Source: a virus
Reading direction: 5' to 3' (one strand)
Length of the DNA: 64,000 nt
Virus record (IMG/VR): IMGVR_UViG_3300026078_000023
Span: 29,290 to 93,289 of that record
Part shown: in pieces, positions 26,084-36,004 of the stretch
Layout of the letters: every line of letters begins with the position of its first letter
How positions within the stretch are numbered: position 1 is the first letter of the stretch
Made by a program: the position numbers and the translations under genes
Notes under the pieces: generated by a model
The model's database searches: none
The model's input: only the letters and a program-made list of their open reading frames with translations
Told to the model about the DNA's origin: nothing

Positions 26084-27544
26084 TCAGACGAGGCCGCGGA
26101 CCCCGTGTCCGTACGCCTTCACGTAGAGGTTGATGAGGGGGGACCCGGACGGAGTGTTCTGGATGATCACGTAGGCGAGGCCGTTCGACAGGTCGTCGAG
26201 GGGGACCGCCGCGGTGCCGCCGATGATGACCCCGCCCGTGCCGGCCGTGACCGCCAGGGAGGCGCAGGCGTCGTTGAAGCCGTTCGGCGGGCCCATCGAC
26301 GACGGGTTGAGGTGCATGCTGATGTTCAGCGGCGACCCGGTGACCGATCCCGGGGACATGGTCACGACGACCTCGCGCTTGATGAGCGGCATCGACGCCA
26401 GGACGGCGGGGGACGCCGCGACCGTGAGCTGCTGCTCGAGGCCCCACTTGCCGTACGTGCGCTCGGCCGTCATCACGCAGGGCTGCCGGTTCGTGGTCCC
26501 CTTGTAGACGAACCCGAGGCCGATGTAGAGGGCGCTGGTGCGCGCCACGCCGCGCGGGGTGTTGATGCTGGCGTTCGGGTGGCCCTCGCTGTCGGGCGGG
26601 GTCGTGCTCTCCACGATGACCGCGGGGATCCAGAACGGCGTCCCCAGGATGGTCTGGATCGACCCCTGCCCCTGGTCCGGCCGCCCGGCCACCAGGTAGA
26701 TGTAGTAGGGCCTGGAGGAATTCGCCGGGGCAGCCGTCGCGAACGGGTTGGCCCCGGCGTCCTGGTACACCTGCGGCGACCCGGTGAACTCGATCAGCTC
26801 GCCGTTGATCAGCACGCGGTGCTTAACGCCGTTCAGGGTCAGGTCAGACGAGGCCGTCGTCGGGTCGGTGGCGTTCGACCACAGCAGCCGGCACCCGGCC
26901 AGGATGCGGCTCTCGAGCGCGCCGGGGGCGACCGTCTTGCGCCACAGCCGGCGCCGGAAGGTGAAGGCCCCGGCGTTCGCCGACGCCGCCGGCACGAACA
27001 CCTCGTAGAGCGCGCACTTGTGCGCGGGGACCGCCGGCGGGACGGGCGTCGAGGACGGCGTCCCCGTGACCACCGAGAGCGTCGTGCTGGGATTCGTCGT
27101 CTTGTAGACGTTCTCCGGCGTGGTGTTGCGGGTCTGCGGGTCGAGCAGGATGTTCCGGCTCTGGAGGTCGGTGTCGACCGACGACGGATCGCCGACGATG
27201 AGGTCTACCCGGTGGTTCGTGAGGTCGGGGTTGCTGAACGACAGCGGCGTCGCCGGCCAGCGCATGACGATGTTCGAGCTGTCGTCGGCCGTCAGGTTCG
27301 GCATCGTCGGGTCCCAGAAGAAGCCGGAGCCCTTCGGGATCGTGGCCGTGTACCCGCTCGTGTCGCCGAACACGTCGTGGATCTCGATCGCCCCGGAGAT
27401 CGGCGAGTCGTCGTCCGCGGTGCCACCCATGTAGGCGACCATGTCCTGCAGCTCGCGCGAGGACAGGCGCTGCAGGCGGTTCAGGTCGCCGGAGAGGAGC
27501 TGCTCGCGGGCGGCGAACCCGACGCGAGAGAAGCCTGCTGCCAT
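26084..27544 (-). CDS. Baseplate/fibre attachment protein
   Basis: N-terminal F..REQLLSGDLNRLQ, NHRVDLIV, PPAVP..CALYEVFVPA; gene position. Confidence 0.6.
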   Translation of the reverse strand: MAAGFSRVGFAAREQLLSGDLNRLQRLSSRELQDMVAYMGGTADDDSPISGAIEIHDVFGDTSGYTATIPKGSGFFWDPTMPNLTADDSSNIVMRWPATPLSFSNPDLTNHRVDLIVGDPSSVDTDLQSRNILLDPQTRNTTPENVYKTTNPSTTLSVVTGTPSSTPVPPAVPAHKCALYEVFVPAASANAGAFTFRRRLWRKTVAPGALESRILAGCRLLWSNATDPTTASSDLTLNGVKHRVLINGELIEFTGSPQVYQDAGANPFATAAPANSSRPYYIYLVAGRPDQGQGSIQTILGTPFWIPAVIVESTTPPDSEGHPNASINTPRGVARTSALYIGLGFVYKGTTNRQPCVMTAERTYGKWGLEQQLTVAASPAVLASMPLIKREVVVTMSPGSVTGSPLNISMHLNPSSMGPPNGFNDACASLAVTAGTGGVIIGGTAAVPLDDLSNGLAYVIIQNTPSGSPLINLYVKAYGHGVRGLV

Positions 27545-27584
27545 GTCGGCGAAGTTACACGAGCGCCGGAGGCGCTGTCAGTTT

Positions 27585-28994
27585 TTACGGCCAGGGCTGG
27601 ATCAGGTGGACCCACACCGTCCCCACGACGTTCAGGAAGTTCGTCCCGTCCGACCGGCCGCGCCCGTGGATCACCGTGACCGGGATCTGCGGGACCTTGA
27701 CCGCGACCGTGTCGCGCGCGCTGCGCTCCGGGGTGTCGATGACCTGGCTGTCCCAGGTGACGAACCGCATGTGGCAGGTGGACCCGGGGATCGGGTTCGC
27801 GGAGGACATCCCCACCGTGCAGCCGACGATCATCCAGGCCGTGTTCGGAGGCGCCGAGATGACCCAGGCGTCGTTGTCCCCGGCCGACGTCGTCAGGCCC
27901 ATCTCCGCGATCACCGTCGGGCGCTGGAGGAACAGGTCGAAGTTGACCCCGCCCGCCTTGGCCTGCGAGACGTGCTGGTACACCGAGAGCAGCCCGGCCA
28001 GGACCCCCGGGGGGAGCGTCAGCCAGGCGTCCAGGTACCCCATCATGGGGTCGTCGGCGAAGCCTTCGTCCAGGAACATCGCCTGCGCTTCCCGGTCGCT
28101 CACGTAGTCCCCGGCCTGCACCTCGAAGTAGGCGCGGGCGACGCGCCGGTCGGAGAGCGTCGTCACCTCGTCGTCCAGGAAGTCGCCCCCCAGGCCGGGG
28201 ACGTCCGTGGTCCCGGCGATCGCCGTGAACGAGTAGAGCCCGTCCGCCGCCTTCTTGGACGGGGTGGCGAGGTCCTGGAAGGGCTCGCCCACCAGGAACG
28301 GCGGCAGGCCGGTCCTCTGGGCGATGGACCTGACCAGCGCCGAGATCGCCTCGGGTGACACCAGATCGGCGATATTGCGGACCCGGGCCCGGAACTCGTC
28401 CTCCTGCTCCCCCGGCTGCTGCAGGAGCCCGCGCTCCCCGCCGTGCACCGCCAGCCAGTTCGCCGCCCCGCCCGTGATGAGCGTGCTCGAGGCGACCACG
28501 AACGTGTCATCGCCGTTCCCGGTCGTCCCGGCGGGGGCGATCAGGTTCTGCACGCCGGCCACGACCGGGGCGTCGGGGGCGACTTGGAACACGGCCTCGT
28601 CCTCCGTGTTCACGAGCTCGGACCGGCGGTCCGTCTCCACCGGCACGGAGACTGTGATGGTCCCGGCCGAGACCGGCACGTCCGTCTGAGACCGGGCGAG
28701 GACGCCGCGCTCGTCGAGGAACCGGTAGCCGCGCGGGATGACCCCGCCGTAGAGCGCGGTGGTCCGGGTCAGGGTGATGACCGCCACCCCGCGCTGCCCG
28801 GCCGAGCTCGCCGAGATCGTCAGGGCGTCCCGGTTGTGGACGATGGCGGTCCCCAGGCGCGCCATCTGGGCCACCGTCGCCATGACGATCGCCGCCGAGT
28901 CCGGGTCGTCGAGGAGCGGCTGCAGCCACCCCCACTCGTCCGTGTTCGCGCGGAGCAGCTCGAGCAGCGTCTCCTGGGTCTCGGGCGTCGCCAC
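27585..28994 (-). CDS. Baseplate wedge protein (J/I-like)
   Basis: VIPRGYRF, ITGG, HGGERGLLQQPGEQEDEFRARVR; follows baseplate J. Confidence 0.65.
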   Translation of the reverse strand: MATPETQETLLELLRANTDEWGWLQPLLDDPDSAAIVMATVAQMARLGTAIVHNRDALTISASSAGQRGVAVITLTRTTALYGGVIPRGYRFLDERGVLARSQTDVPVSAGTITVSVPVETDRRSELVNTEDEAVFQVAPDAPVVAGVQNLIAPAGTTGNGDDTFVVASSTLITGGAANWLAVHGGERGLLQQPGEQEDEFRARVRNIADLVSPEAISALVRSIAQRTGLPPFLVGEPFQDLATPSKKAADGLYSFTAIAGTTDVPGLGGDFLDDEVTTLSDRRVARAYFEVQAGDYVSDREAQAMFLDEGFADDPMMGYLDAWLTLPPGVLAGLLSVYQHVSQAKAGGVNFDLFLQRPTVIAEMGLTTSAGDNDAWVISAPPNTAWMIVGCTVGMSSANPIPGSTCHMRFVTWDSQVIDTPERSARDTVAVKVPQIPVTVIHGRGRSDGTNFLNVVGTVWVHLIQPWP

Positions 28995-28997
28995 GGG

Positions 28998-29360
28998 TTA
29001 CGTCACCACGCCGTTCGTGACGTGACCGTGCCAGCACCCGACGTCGATAGACGGGGACAGGGTCAGGTCGTGGAACCCGGTCCCGGACACCACCCACCTG
29101 GACGGCTTGCCGACCCGACCCTGGGACCCGGCGTCGTCCGGCACCGGCGCGCAGCCGCGCGGGTTCGCGAACGACACGCGCACGGCGTGCGGGCGACCGC
29201 CGTCGAGCGGGAACTCCGGCTTCCCGTACCCGCACGGGCACCAGAACTGGACGCCGTCGGCACCATCGATCGAGTCCGTGTAGGTGCAGCCGCGCGCGGT
29301 CGTGTCCTTCACGAACTTGGCCTCGAACCACGGGTCATCAAAGCGAGCGATCATGTTCAC
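28998..29360 (-). CDS. DUF6527-like Cys/His protein
   Basis: FWCPCG..H...W...G...LTLSPSI..GCWHGHVTNG. Confidence 0.7.
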   Translation of the reverse strand: MNMIARFDDPWFEAKFVKDTTARGCTYTDSIDGADGVQFWCPCGYGKPEFPLDGGRPHAVRVSFANPRGCAPVPDDAGSQGRVGKPSRWVVSGTGFHDLTLSPSIDVGCWHGHVTNGVVT

Positions 29361-30463
29361 TCGAAGCTGACGTCCTCCGCGCGGACGCGGATGATCGTCT
29401 GGTTGTCAGGGGGGACCACGTCGCCGGCCGGCTCCTGGACCGATGCCTCGGTGGCGATGACGCCCGGGACTGCGCGCGCGGCCGCGTAGACGTCCGAGCG
29501 CAACAGGGACTGGCCGGGGCGCAGGAACTGCGTCATGGCCACGATCGTCGAGCGGACCTCGTTGGTGGCCCGGACGGTGTCGATGCCGGTCGAGAACGAC
29601 AGGCGGTACCGGACGTCCTCGAATGCCACCTGACCGCCTGACAGGAAGACGGGGATCCCGCAGGCCCGGAACTCGAGCAGGACGTCGCGCACGGCCTGGA
29701 GCACGAGGGACGTCGCGTTGCCGTCTTCGTCCCCGACGATGAGCTCCACCGCGCCGGCCGGCAGCGCGGTCCCCGGGTTCACGATCTCGTAGGCGGTGGA
29801 CACGGCCACGCCCGGGACGGTGGTCGCGGCGTACTGGATCGCGCCCAGCGTCGCCCGCCGCAGGGTGAGGAAGTAGGACCGGATCCGCCCGCGGAAGGCC
29901 GGGTCCGTCTCCTGGTTCGACCCGCCCGCCGCCGGGGTCGTGTTCGAGACGATGATCGTCGTGTCGAACGGGGCGTCCTGGAACGTCCACAGCGTGCCGG
30001 CGGTGACGTTCTGCTCCGGGCCCACCAGCTGGGCCACGCCGGTCGCCTTCAGCATCAGGTCCGAGGGGCCGAACACGACGTCCGTCTTGAGGGCGAAGAC
30101 GTTCCCCCCCGGCGTGGAGATCCGAGTCCCGGCGTCGACCGTGCCGCCGCCGGCCGCCGCGGTCGGGCGCTGCATGAACCAGTCGACGGTCGCCGCCGCC
30201 GCCGGCTTGCGCGTGATGCCGAACCGGTCGAAGGCGATCCGGTCGAGCTCGGCGCCGCGCGCGCTGTCGACGAACATGGCGCGCATGCAGTTGGCCCAGC
30301 CGGCGGAGAGCGCTTCGCCCATGAGGGCGGACTGCCCGACCACCAGGTTGACGTCCGAGCCCTCGACGTCGACCACCTTCGGGTTGATGCGCGTGCCCGA
30401 CGCCGTGACGATGTACCGGCGCCCGACGCGGAACAGGGCGTCCCTGGTCAGCAAGTCAGCCAA
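29357..30463 (-). CDS. Baseplate J-like protein
   Basis: ARGAELD..RFGITRKPA, G...N, AAGGSNQETDPAFRGRI, TVPGV. Confidence 0.9.
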   Translation of the reverse strand: MADLLTRDALFRVGRRYIVTASGTRINPKVVDVEGSDVNLVVGQSALMGEALSAGWANCMRAMFVDSARGAELDRIAFDRFGITRKPAAAATVDWFMQRPTAAAGGGTVDAGTRISTPGGNVFALKTDVVFGPSDLMLKATGVAQLVGPEQNVTAGTLWTFQDAPFDTTIIVSNTTPAAGGSNQETDPAFRGRIRSYFLTLRRATLGAIQYAATTVPGVAVSTAYEIVNPGTALPAGAVELIVGDEDGNATSLVLQAVRDVLLEFRACGIPVFLSGGQVAFEDVRYRLSFSTGIDTVRATNEVRSTIVAMTQFLRPGQSLLRSDVYAAARAVPGVIATEASVQEPAGDVVPPDNQTIIRVRAEDVSFE

Positions 30464-31355
30464 GGCTCACCACCTCTCCGTTCTGGTCGACGACGAGCTT
30501 GGCCGGGACGGTCCCCGACCGGCGCGTCTTGATGCGGGCGTCCACCGTGGTCAGCCCCCCGCCGGTCACCGAGACCTTCGTCTCCACCGCCCTGGCCTCC
30601 GGTTCGCGCAGGAGCTGCGGCCGGGCCTCGTCGCGGAGCTGGGACATCTTGGCCGTGGTCGCCAGGCCCTTGAGCGGGATCGACAGGCCGTAGTCCGGCA
30701 GCCACGAGAAGGCCGCCTTCTGCGTCCCCAGGCGCCGGAGCGCGCGCTTGCGGATGCCCACGTCGGCCACCTTGGACTGCGGCGGCTCGGGGGCGATGTC
30801 CCCGCCGTCGAACACCCACCGGCCCTCCCGGTTCCAGAAGTCGGTCAGGTCCTGGCTGCGCTCGGGACGCTTGGTCTCCTGGATCAGGGTGACCCCCGAG
30901 AGGTCGGCCGAGTACGGAGCGCCCAGGTCGCCGCCCGCCGCGGACACGAGCGCCTTGACGGTCACTCGGTACCTCACCCCCGCCACCAGCGCCCGGTCGA
31001 CGTGGACGTCCACGCCGCGCTCGTCGGACTGGATGTACAGGAAGTTCCCGCCCTCGTCGTAGACCGGGACCCCCCCGTTGCCGACGCCGTAGGCCGGCCA
31101 GGCGAGCGAGTCGTGGTCGACGCCCACGGGCACCGGGGCCTCAGCCACGCCGTCCACCACCGAGAACAGGTAGTTCGCGACGTTCAGGGCGTCGCGCGTG
31201 CCCGCCGGGGACCAGCGCTGGGGGTCCTCCGTGAACACGACGCGGACCACCTGTCCGGCCACGGCCAGGGCCCGGACGACGGAGATCGGCCCGCCGGATC
31301 CGAATGGGTCGCCGTACGCCTCCGCGCCGAAGCCGCCGGGCTTGGTCTGTGGCAC
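30456..31355 (-). CDS. Baseplate wedge/sheath initiator (gp25/W-like C-terminus) with Ig-like N-terminus
   Basis: RRLGTQKAAFSWLPDYG...LLREPE; upstream of J. Confidence 0.65.
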   Translation of the reverse strand: MPQTKPGGFGAEAYGDPFGSGGPISVVRALAVAGQVVRVVFTEDPQRWSPAGTRDALNVANYLFSVVDGVAEAPVPVGVDHDSLAWPAYGVGNGGVPVYDEGGNFLYIQSDERGVDVHVDRALVAGVRYRVTVKALVSAAGGDLGAPYSADLSGVTLIQETKRPERSQDLTDFWNREGRWVFDGGDIAPEPPQSKVADVGIRKRALRRLGTQKAAFSWLPDYGLSIPLKGLATTAKMSQLRDEARPQLLREPEARAVETKVSVTGGGLTTVDARIKTRRSGTVPAKLVVDQNGEVVSLG

Positions 31356-31364
31356 GAGACCAGA

Positions 31365-32144
31365 CTACTCGCCGTTGATGACGTTCGACAAGAACGCGGC
31401 CGACTGGGCCTCGAACGCCTGGACGGCGAGCAGGGCGGCGTTGAGCCCCGGCGACAAGAGCGGCAGCGGCGTCACCGTGGCCGCCGCTATCAGCAACTGG
31501 AGCGCGGCCTCGAGCTGCTGGTGGAACTGCTGCTGCGCCTGGCGGTAGGTGGAGCCCTTCAGGTACGCCTCCGCCGCGCCGGCGCCGTGCAGGCGGACGG
31601 TGCCGTCCGGATCGATCCGGACGGTCCCGCTGCCGTTCATGATCTGGACCCCGCCGTCCGCGTCGAGGAGGGCGCGCGCCCCGCCGTCCGTCCTGACGTC
31701 CACCGGGACCCCGCGGGCGTGCACGAGTAGCCGGTCGTTCTGGAACACCGGCAGGCCGTCGTCCCCCACCGGCAGCGGCCCGGACGCACCCGACACCGCC
31801 GCCAGGACCTGGGGGACCATCGAGGCGTCCCCGTCCGGGAAGCCCAAGATCACCTGGTCGCCGGGCTCGAGCGGGCAGTGCGCGGAGACGCGCCCGCCGC
31901 CCCAGCCCCACCGCGCCGTCATCGGCTGCATGCTGGGCTCGAGGACGACGTCGACCTCCGCCCCGCTCGGGGTGATGACCACCGCGTTCCGGTTGCTGAA
32001 GTCCGGCTTGCCGGTCTCGTCGTCGACCACGGCCACGGTCGCGTAGGACATCCAGAAGCGCAGGTCCACGCCGGCGGTGCGGAGCCCCTGCGCGAACCTG
32101 GTCATGTCCAGCGCGCGCCGCGACGCCATCGACCTGGCCCTCAC
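31365..32144 (-). CDS. Baseplate central spike (gpV/gp5/Gp138-like)
   Basis: OB-fold with PLEPGDQVILGFPDGD, beta-repeat C-terminus; GTGA-coupled start. Confidence 0.75.
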   Translation of the reverse strand: MRARSMASRRALDMTRFAQGLRTAGVDLRFWMSYATVAVVDDETGKPDFSNRNAVVITPSGAEVDVVLEPSMQPMTARWGWGGGRVSAHCPLEPGDQVILGFPDGDASMVPQVLAAVSGASGPLPVGDDGLPVFQNDRLLVHARGVPVDVRTDGGARALLDADGGVQIMNGSGTVRIDPDGTVRLHGAGAAEAYLKGSTYRQAQQQFHQQLEAALQLLIAAATVTPLPLLSPGLNAALLAVQAFEAQSAAFLSNVINGE

Positions 32145-34312
32145 CCGCCACCTCCCGCCGCCCGCTCGGCCAGGCTCAGGAGGAGCGCGTCCTGGTTCGC
32201 CTGGAGGGCGGCCGCCCGCGCGTCCGGCTTCTTCCCGCTCACCTTCGCCTTGTAGTGGTCGTCGGCCGCCTTGTCCTGCGCGGAGAGCGACGCCGGGTTG
32301 TTCCGCGCCTCCTGGTACCCGGCCACCTCGACCGTCACCTGGAAGCCCTCCTGGGCGTCCCAGCGGTAGCAGACGGAGCGCACGTAGAACCAGTCGGTCA
32401 GCTTGGCCGACTGGTAGGCGGCGTCGATCTTGGCCATGATGCGGTCGAGCTGGTCGCGCTTGCCGGCGGCCACCAGCGCCCGGGACGCCGGGTTCTCGAG
32501 CAGGGCCTTCCGGATGAACGCCGGGTTCGCGCGCCGGTCCATCAGCTGGGACAGGTTGTCGGTAGCCACGTCGTTCGAGGCCGGGTCCTCCACTTGGCGG
32601 GCGACCATGATCCGGACGCATGCCCCCGGGCGCAGGCGCAGGAGGTCGGGGTTCTCGTTGTGGGTCTCGGGGCGGGTGGGGTCGAGGTAGCTCGACAGCT
32701 CGTCCGTCTCGATGGTGGCGGTCACCTCGTGCTGGCTGATCGTGTGGTACAGGGCGACGGCGACCCGCTCCAGCTCGGCCTGGGTCCGCACCTCGCGGAT
32801 CACGCGGACCACCTCCTCCTCGATCGGTTGGTGGCCGCGCGCCGATCCGGCAGGCCCGGTGCCGGCGGCGCTGACGATGGTCGCGCGCGGCGTCTTGGGG
32901 AACACGGCCTCTAGGGTCCGCTCCCCCGGCCGGCCGTCGGGGTTGTGGGCGAGGACGCGCACGCGCGGGACGCGCTTCGTCCGGCCGTACTTGCGGGACA
33001 CCTTGTACTTGCGGATGTTCTTCCCCCACACCAGCAGGCGGACCTGGGTGGTGATCTCGCGCGACCCGCCGATGGTCACCGTCCGCTCGAAGCCGTCCGC
33101 CGGCCCGCCGGGGATCGTGGTCCCGCCCTGGGGCGTCTCCTTCAGGTTCTGCGGCGGCACGATCAGGATGTTGTTCGCGCCGATCGGGTTGATGCGGCCG
33201 TCGGGCTCGCGCACGACCACGCTCGGGTCGTAGACCGGGATCATCCCGGCCAGGAGGCACGCGCGGGTGACCAGGTCCCACACCGTCACCTCGACCTGGG
33301 GGGCGATCGACGGCATGCCCACGCCCGCCGGCACGCCGCCGCCCGGGTCGGCCGCCGGGTCGAGTCCCGGGGGGACGCCGGAGGCCTGGACCTGCCCGCC
33401 GGCCGCCGCGCGCGAGGACGCCGTCTGGAGCGAGCGCTTGAGGCGCTTGGCGTCGATCCGGGGGGCCTTGGCCGGGTCGACGTTGGGGAAGTACCGGACG
33501 CCGATGGCGTCGCCCAGGGTGCCGTTGAACTCCGGCACGGCGGCGATGATCTTGCGGACGTAGTCGGCCAGGTCCTCGCCCCCTTTCGCCACCCGGCGCG
33601 TCGGCGCGAACGGGTCGAACTTCGCGTCGATGAGGCGCTTCTCCAGGCTGTACGCCTCGATCGTCAGGCGCAGGTCGTCGTCGGACGCCTCCAGGCTCTC
33701 CTCATCGGCGTAGCCGCGGAACACCGGCGCCGAGTGCATGACCTGGGGCACCCACACGCCTGGGTCCTGGTAGTCGTCGACCGCGACGGTCCCCCAGAAC
33801 ACCTCGACGAGCAGGGCCCGGACCACGTCCGGCAGGACTGGGAAGTCGGCGAGCGGCACCTCGACGGTGACCTTGTCGGCGGTCTTGAAGCCGTTGAGGT
33901 CGGCGCTGAGCCCCGTCGGGATCACCGCGATCTGCACCGTGAGGCCGTCCCCCGGCTTCCCGAGCGGCGCCGCCTCGTCGACGGCCCCCTTGCGGTCGCT
34001 GCGGCCGCGGCCCGCCCGCGCGCGCCCGGCGACCACCGCCGTGTCGGCTGCCAGGTCCCGCTCCCCGGAGGCCCGGCGGACTGCCTGGAGGTGGGCGTCG
34101 AACGCGGCGGTGGCGGCGGCGCGCGCGGCCGCCGTCTTGGCCGGGCGGCCCTCCTGCAGCGCGTCCGGCCCGTCGTCGTTCGAGAAGTCCTCGAGGCGGA
34201 CGGTGAGCCGGACGACCACCGCCGGCCGGTAGGTGTACTTCGCCGTCCGCGAGCGCACCAGGCGCTGCGCGGAGGCCACGCCGACCGGGGCTATCAGGTC
34301 GGAGATGCCCAC
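32141..34312 (-). CDS. Baseplate hub (gp27/gpD-like)
   Basis: Size, position, PVFRGYAD, TVWDLV, LRPGACV, FYVRSV.Y.W..GF. Confidence 0.65.
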   Translation of the reverse strand: MGISDLIAPVGVASAQRLVRSRTAKYTYRPAVVVRLTVRLEDFSNDDGPDALQEGRPAKTAAARAAATAAFDAHLQAVRRASGERDLAADTAVVAGRARAGRGRSDRKGAVDEAAPLGKPGDGLTVQIAVIPTGLSADLNGFKTADKVTVEVPLADFPVLPDVVRALLVEVFWGTVAVDDYQDPGVWVPQVMHSAPVFRGYADEESLEASDDDLRLTIEAYSLEKRLIDAKFDPFAPTRRVAKGGEDLADYVRKIIAAVPEFNGTLGDAIGVRYFPNVDPAKAPRIDAKRLKRSLQTASSRAAAGGQVQASGVPPGLDPAADPGGGVPAGVGMPSIAPQVEVTVWDLVTRACLLAGMIPVYDPSVVVREPDGRINPIGANNILIVPPQNLKETPQGGTTIPGGPADGFERTVTIGGSREITTQVRLLVWGKNIRKYKVSRKYGRTKRVPRVRVLAHNPDGRPGERTLEAVFPKTPRATIVSAAGTGPAGSARGHQPIEEEVVRVIREVRTQAELERVAVALYHTISQHEVTATIETDELSSYLDPTRPETHNENPDLLRLRPGACVRIMVARQVEDPASNDVATDNLSQLMDRRANPAFIRKALLENPASRALVAAGKRDQLDRIMAKIDAAYQSAKLTDWFYVRSVCYRWDAQEGFQVTVEVAGYQEARNNPASLSAQDKAADDHYKAKVSGKKPDARAAALQANQDALLLSLAERAAGGGG

Positions 34313-34313
34313 G

Positions 34314-34805
34314 TCAGCCGGCGCTCCTCTCGCGCTGGCACGGAGGGCACTCGCACTCGGTCTGCAGGGCGACGTGCTGGTCCCATTCCGGTGGGTGGGG
34401 GGCCAGCACCGAGATCCTGACGTCGTCGATCAGGCCTGCGCGGCTCGGATGCGGGTCCCAGACCATCTTCCCGTGGCGGGCGACGACGATGTGCCTCTCG
34501 GCGGCGCCCAGCGTCCCCGTGCGCACCGTCGTCCCGCTCAGGAAGTGGTACCCCGGGTCGCGGAACGCGAACACCGACAGGATCGTCGACGGGAGCCTGT
34601 CGAAGTACGCGAGTCCGTGGTGCTTCCTCAAGTAGGCCTGCAGCAGGTTCTGGAAGTACGGCTCCTGCCGGCGCCCGTCAGGCCCGCGTCGATCGCACGC
34701 GGACTGATCCGGGAGCGACGCCGGTTCGACCTCCAGGACGCACGCTATTGCCGTCTGGAAGCAGTTGCCGCGATCACCGAACGTCGTCTGGGTGTACTCC
34801 CTCAT
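34314..34805 (-). CDS. Peptidase C39-like/papain-fold accessory protein
   Basis: QT..GNCFQTAIACVL ... HIVV..GKMVWDPHP (Cys/His/Asp). Confidence 0.55.
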   Translation of the reverse strand: MREYTQTTFGDRGNCFQTAIACVLEVEPASLPDQSACDRRGPDGRRQEPYFQNLLQAYLRKHHGLAYFDRLPSTILSVFAFRDPGYHFLSGTTVRTGTLGAAERHIVVARHGKMVWDPHPSRAGLIDDVRISVLAPHPPEWDQHVALQTECECPPCQRERSAG

Positions 34806-34809
34806 GGGA

Positions 34810-35994
34810 TCAGCACTGGGCGCCCAAATCGGACGACGCGCCCGGCTGGACGCGCGGGATGTAGGTCGGGCGGGGCGGCACGTCCCCGGGGCCGGTCGGG
34901 ATCGAGGGCACCAGCATCCCGTCCACCCCGTTGAACGACGCGATCGACCACCCGAGGTCCGGGTCCCCGTAATAGCGCAGCGCCAGGTCGCGGTAGCTCG
35001 TCCCCGCGGGGGCCTCGACCTCGGCGATGATGTCCGGCTCGACCAGCTCGATCACGCCCGTCCTGAGACGAACCAGGCGCTCGCGCGACTCGCCGTGGAC
35101 CACCAGCTGCTGGAGCCGGTCGTCCGCCGCGCGCAGCAGGTCGAGGGCGCTGTCCCGGACTTCGATCTGCAGGAGGTCCAGGTTGAGGAGCGTCGACTCC
35201 ATGACGCGGACGCTGCGCAGGCCGTCCTCGCAGGCGGCGACCATCCGGAGCGCGGCGACGGTCGGGATGACCGTGACGGCCTGGACCTGGGCCTGGGCGT
35301 CCTGCAGGGCGCCGACCGCCGTGTCGATCGACGCCTGGGCCTGCTCCATGGCCTGCTCGGCGAGCTGGGGGAACCCGTTCGCCCCACCCGGCCCCTGGGC
35401 GAAGGCCGTCCAGCTGGCGGATGACATCTCGAGGGCGTCGGTCGCGTCGGCCACGTCCTGCCGCGGGTTGACCGCCGGGGTCGACGTCACGGTGGGCGCC
35501 GCCGGGTCGCCGGCCGACCGCCACTCGAAGGTGAGCTCCCACTGGCAGTCCTGGATCCGGGGGAACGTGAACTTCGCGTTCGAGATGATGCCGATCCGCA
35601 CGATCCCCCGCCCCGAGGCGCTGGGGTTCTCGCCGGCGTCGACCGCCCCGCCCCAGGTGACCTCCACGCTCACCCCGCGGTCGGCCAGGTCCTCGAACAG
35701 GCTGTGGTAGCCGGCGGCGGCGCCGTCCCACAGCTTGCGGTCGTTCCACTCGCCCGTCAGGACGGTGGGCTTCTTGATGGAGCCGAGCGGCTGCTGGCTG
35801 GCGTTCTTGTTGCCCGGGTAGAACGTCGTCTTCACCCGCTGGCCGCCCTCCACCGTGAAGCTCTGGAAGGGGCCCGCCCAGCCGGCGAGCTTGACGACCC
35901 CGGGCATCTCGCCGGGCTGCAGGTCGGCCACCGAGAGCTCGCCCTCGAGCACCCGGATCTGAAGCGCCCCCGCCTGGGTGTCGGCCGTGGCCAT
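34810..35994 (-). CDS. Tail tube initiator with C-terminal LysM-like (gpX) domain
   Basis: YPG...SQQPLG N-domain; SYRDLALRYYGDPDLGWSIASFNG. Confidence 0.75.
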   Translation of the reverse strand: MATADTQAGALQIRVLEGELSVADLQPGEMPGVVKLAGWAGPFQSFTVEGGQRVKTTFYPGNKNASQQPLGSIKKPTVLTGEWNDRKLWDGAAAGYHSLFEDLADRGVSVEVTWGGAVDAGENPSASGRGIVRIGIISNAKFTFPRIQDCQWELTFEWRSAGDPAAPTVTSTPAVNPRQDVADATDALEMSSASWTAFAQGPGGANGFPQLAEQAMEQAQASIDTAVGALQDAQAQVQAVTVIPTVAALRMVAACEDGLRSVRVMESTLLNLDLLQIEVRDSALDLLRAADDRLQQLVVHGESRERLVRLRTGVIELVEPDIIAEVEAPAGTSYRDLALRYYGDPDLGWSIASFNGVDGMLVPSIPTGPGDVPPRPTYIPRVQPGASSDLGAQC

Positions 35995-36004
35995 GAGGAA
36001 CAGA

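Noticed and set aside
30430-30447. RDALF in baseplate J as a third capsid-peptide copy
   Set aside because: Only five residues match and the context differs; likely chance.
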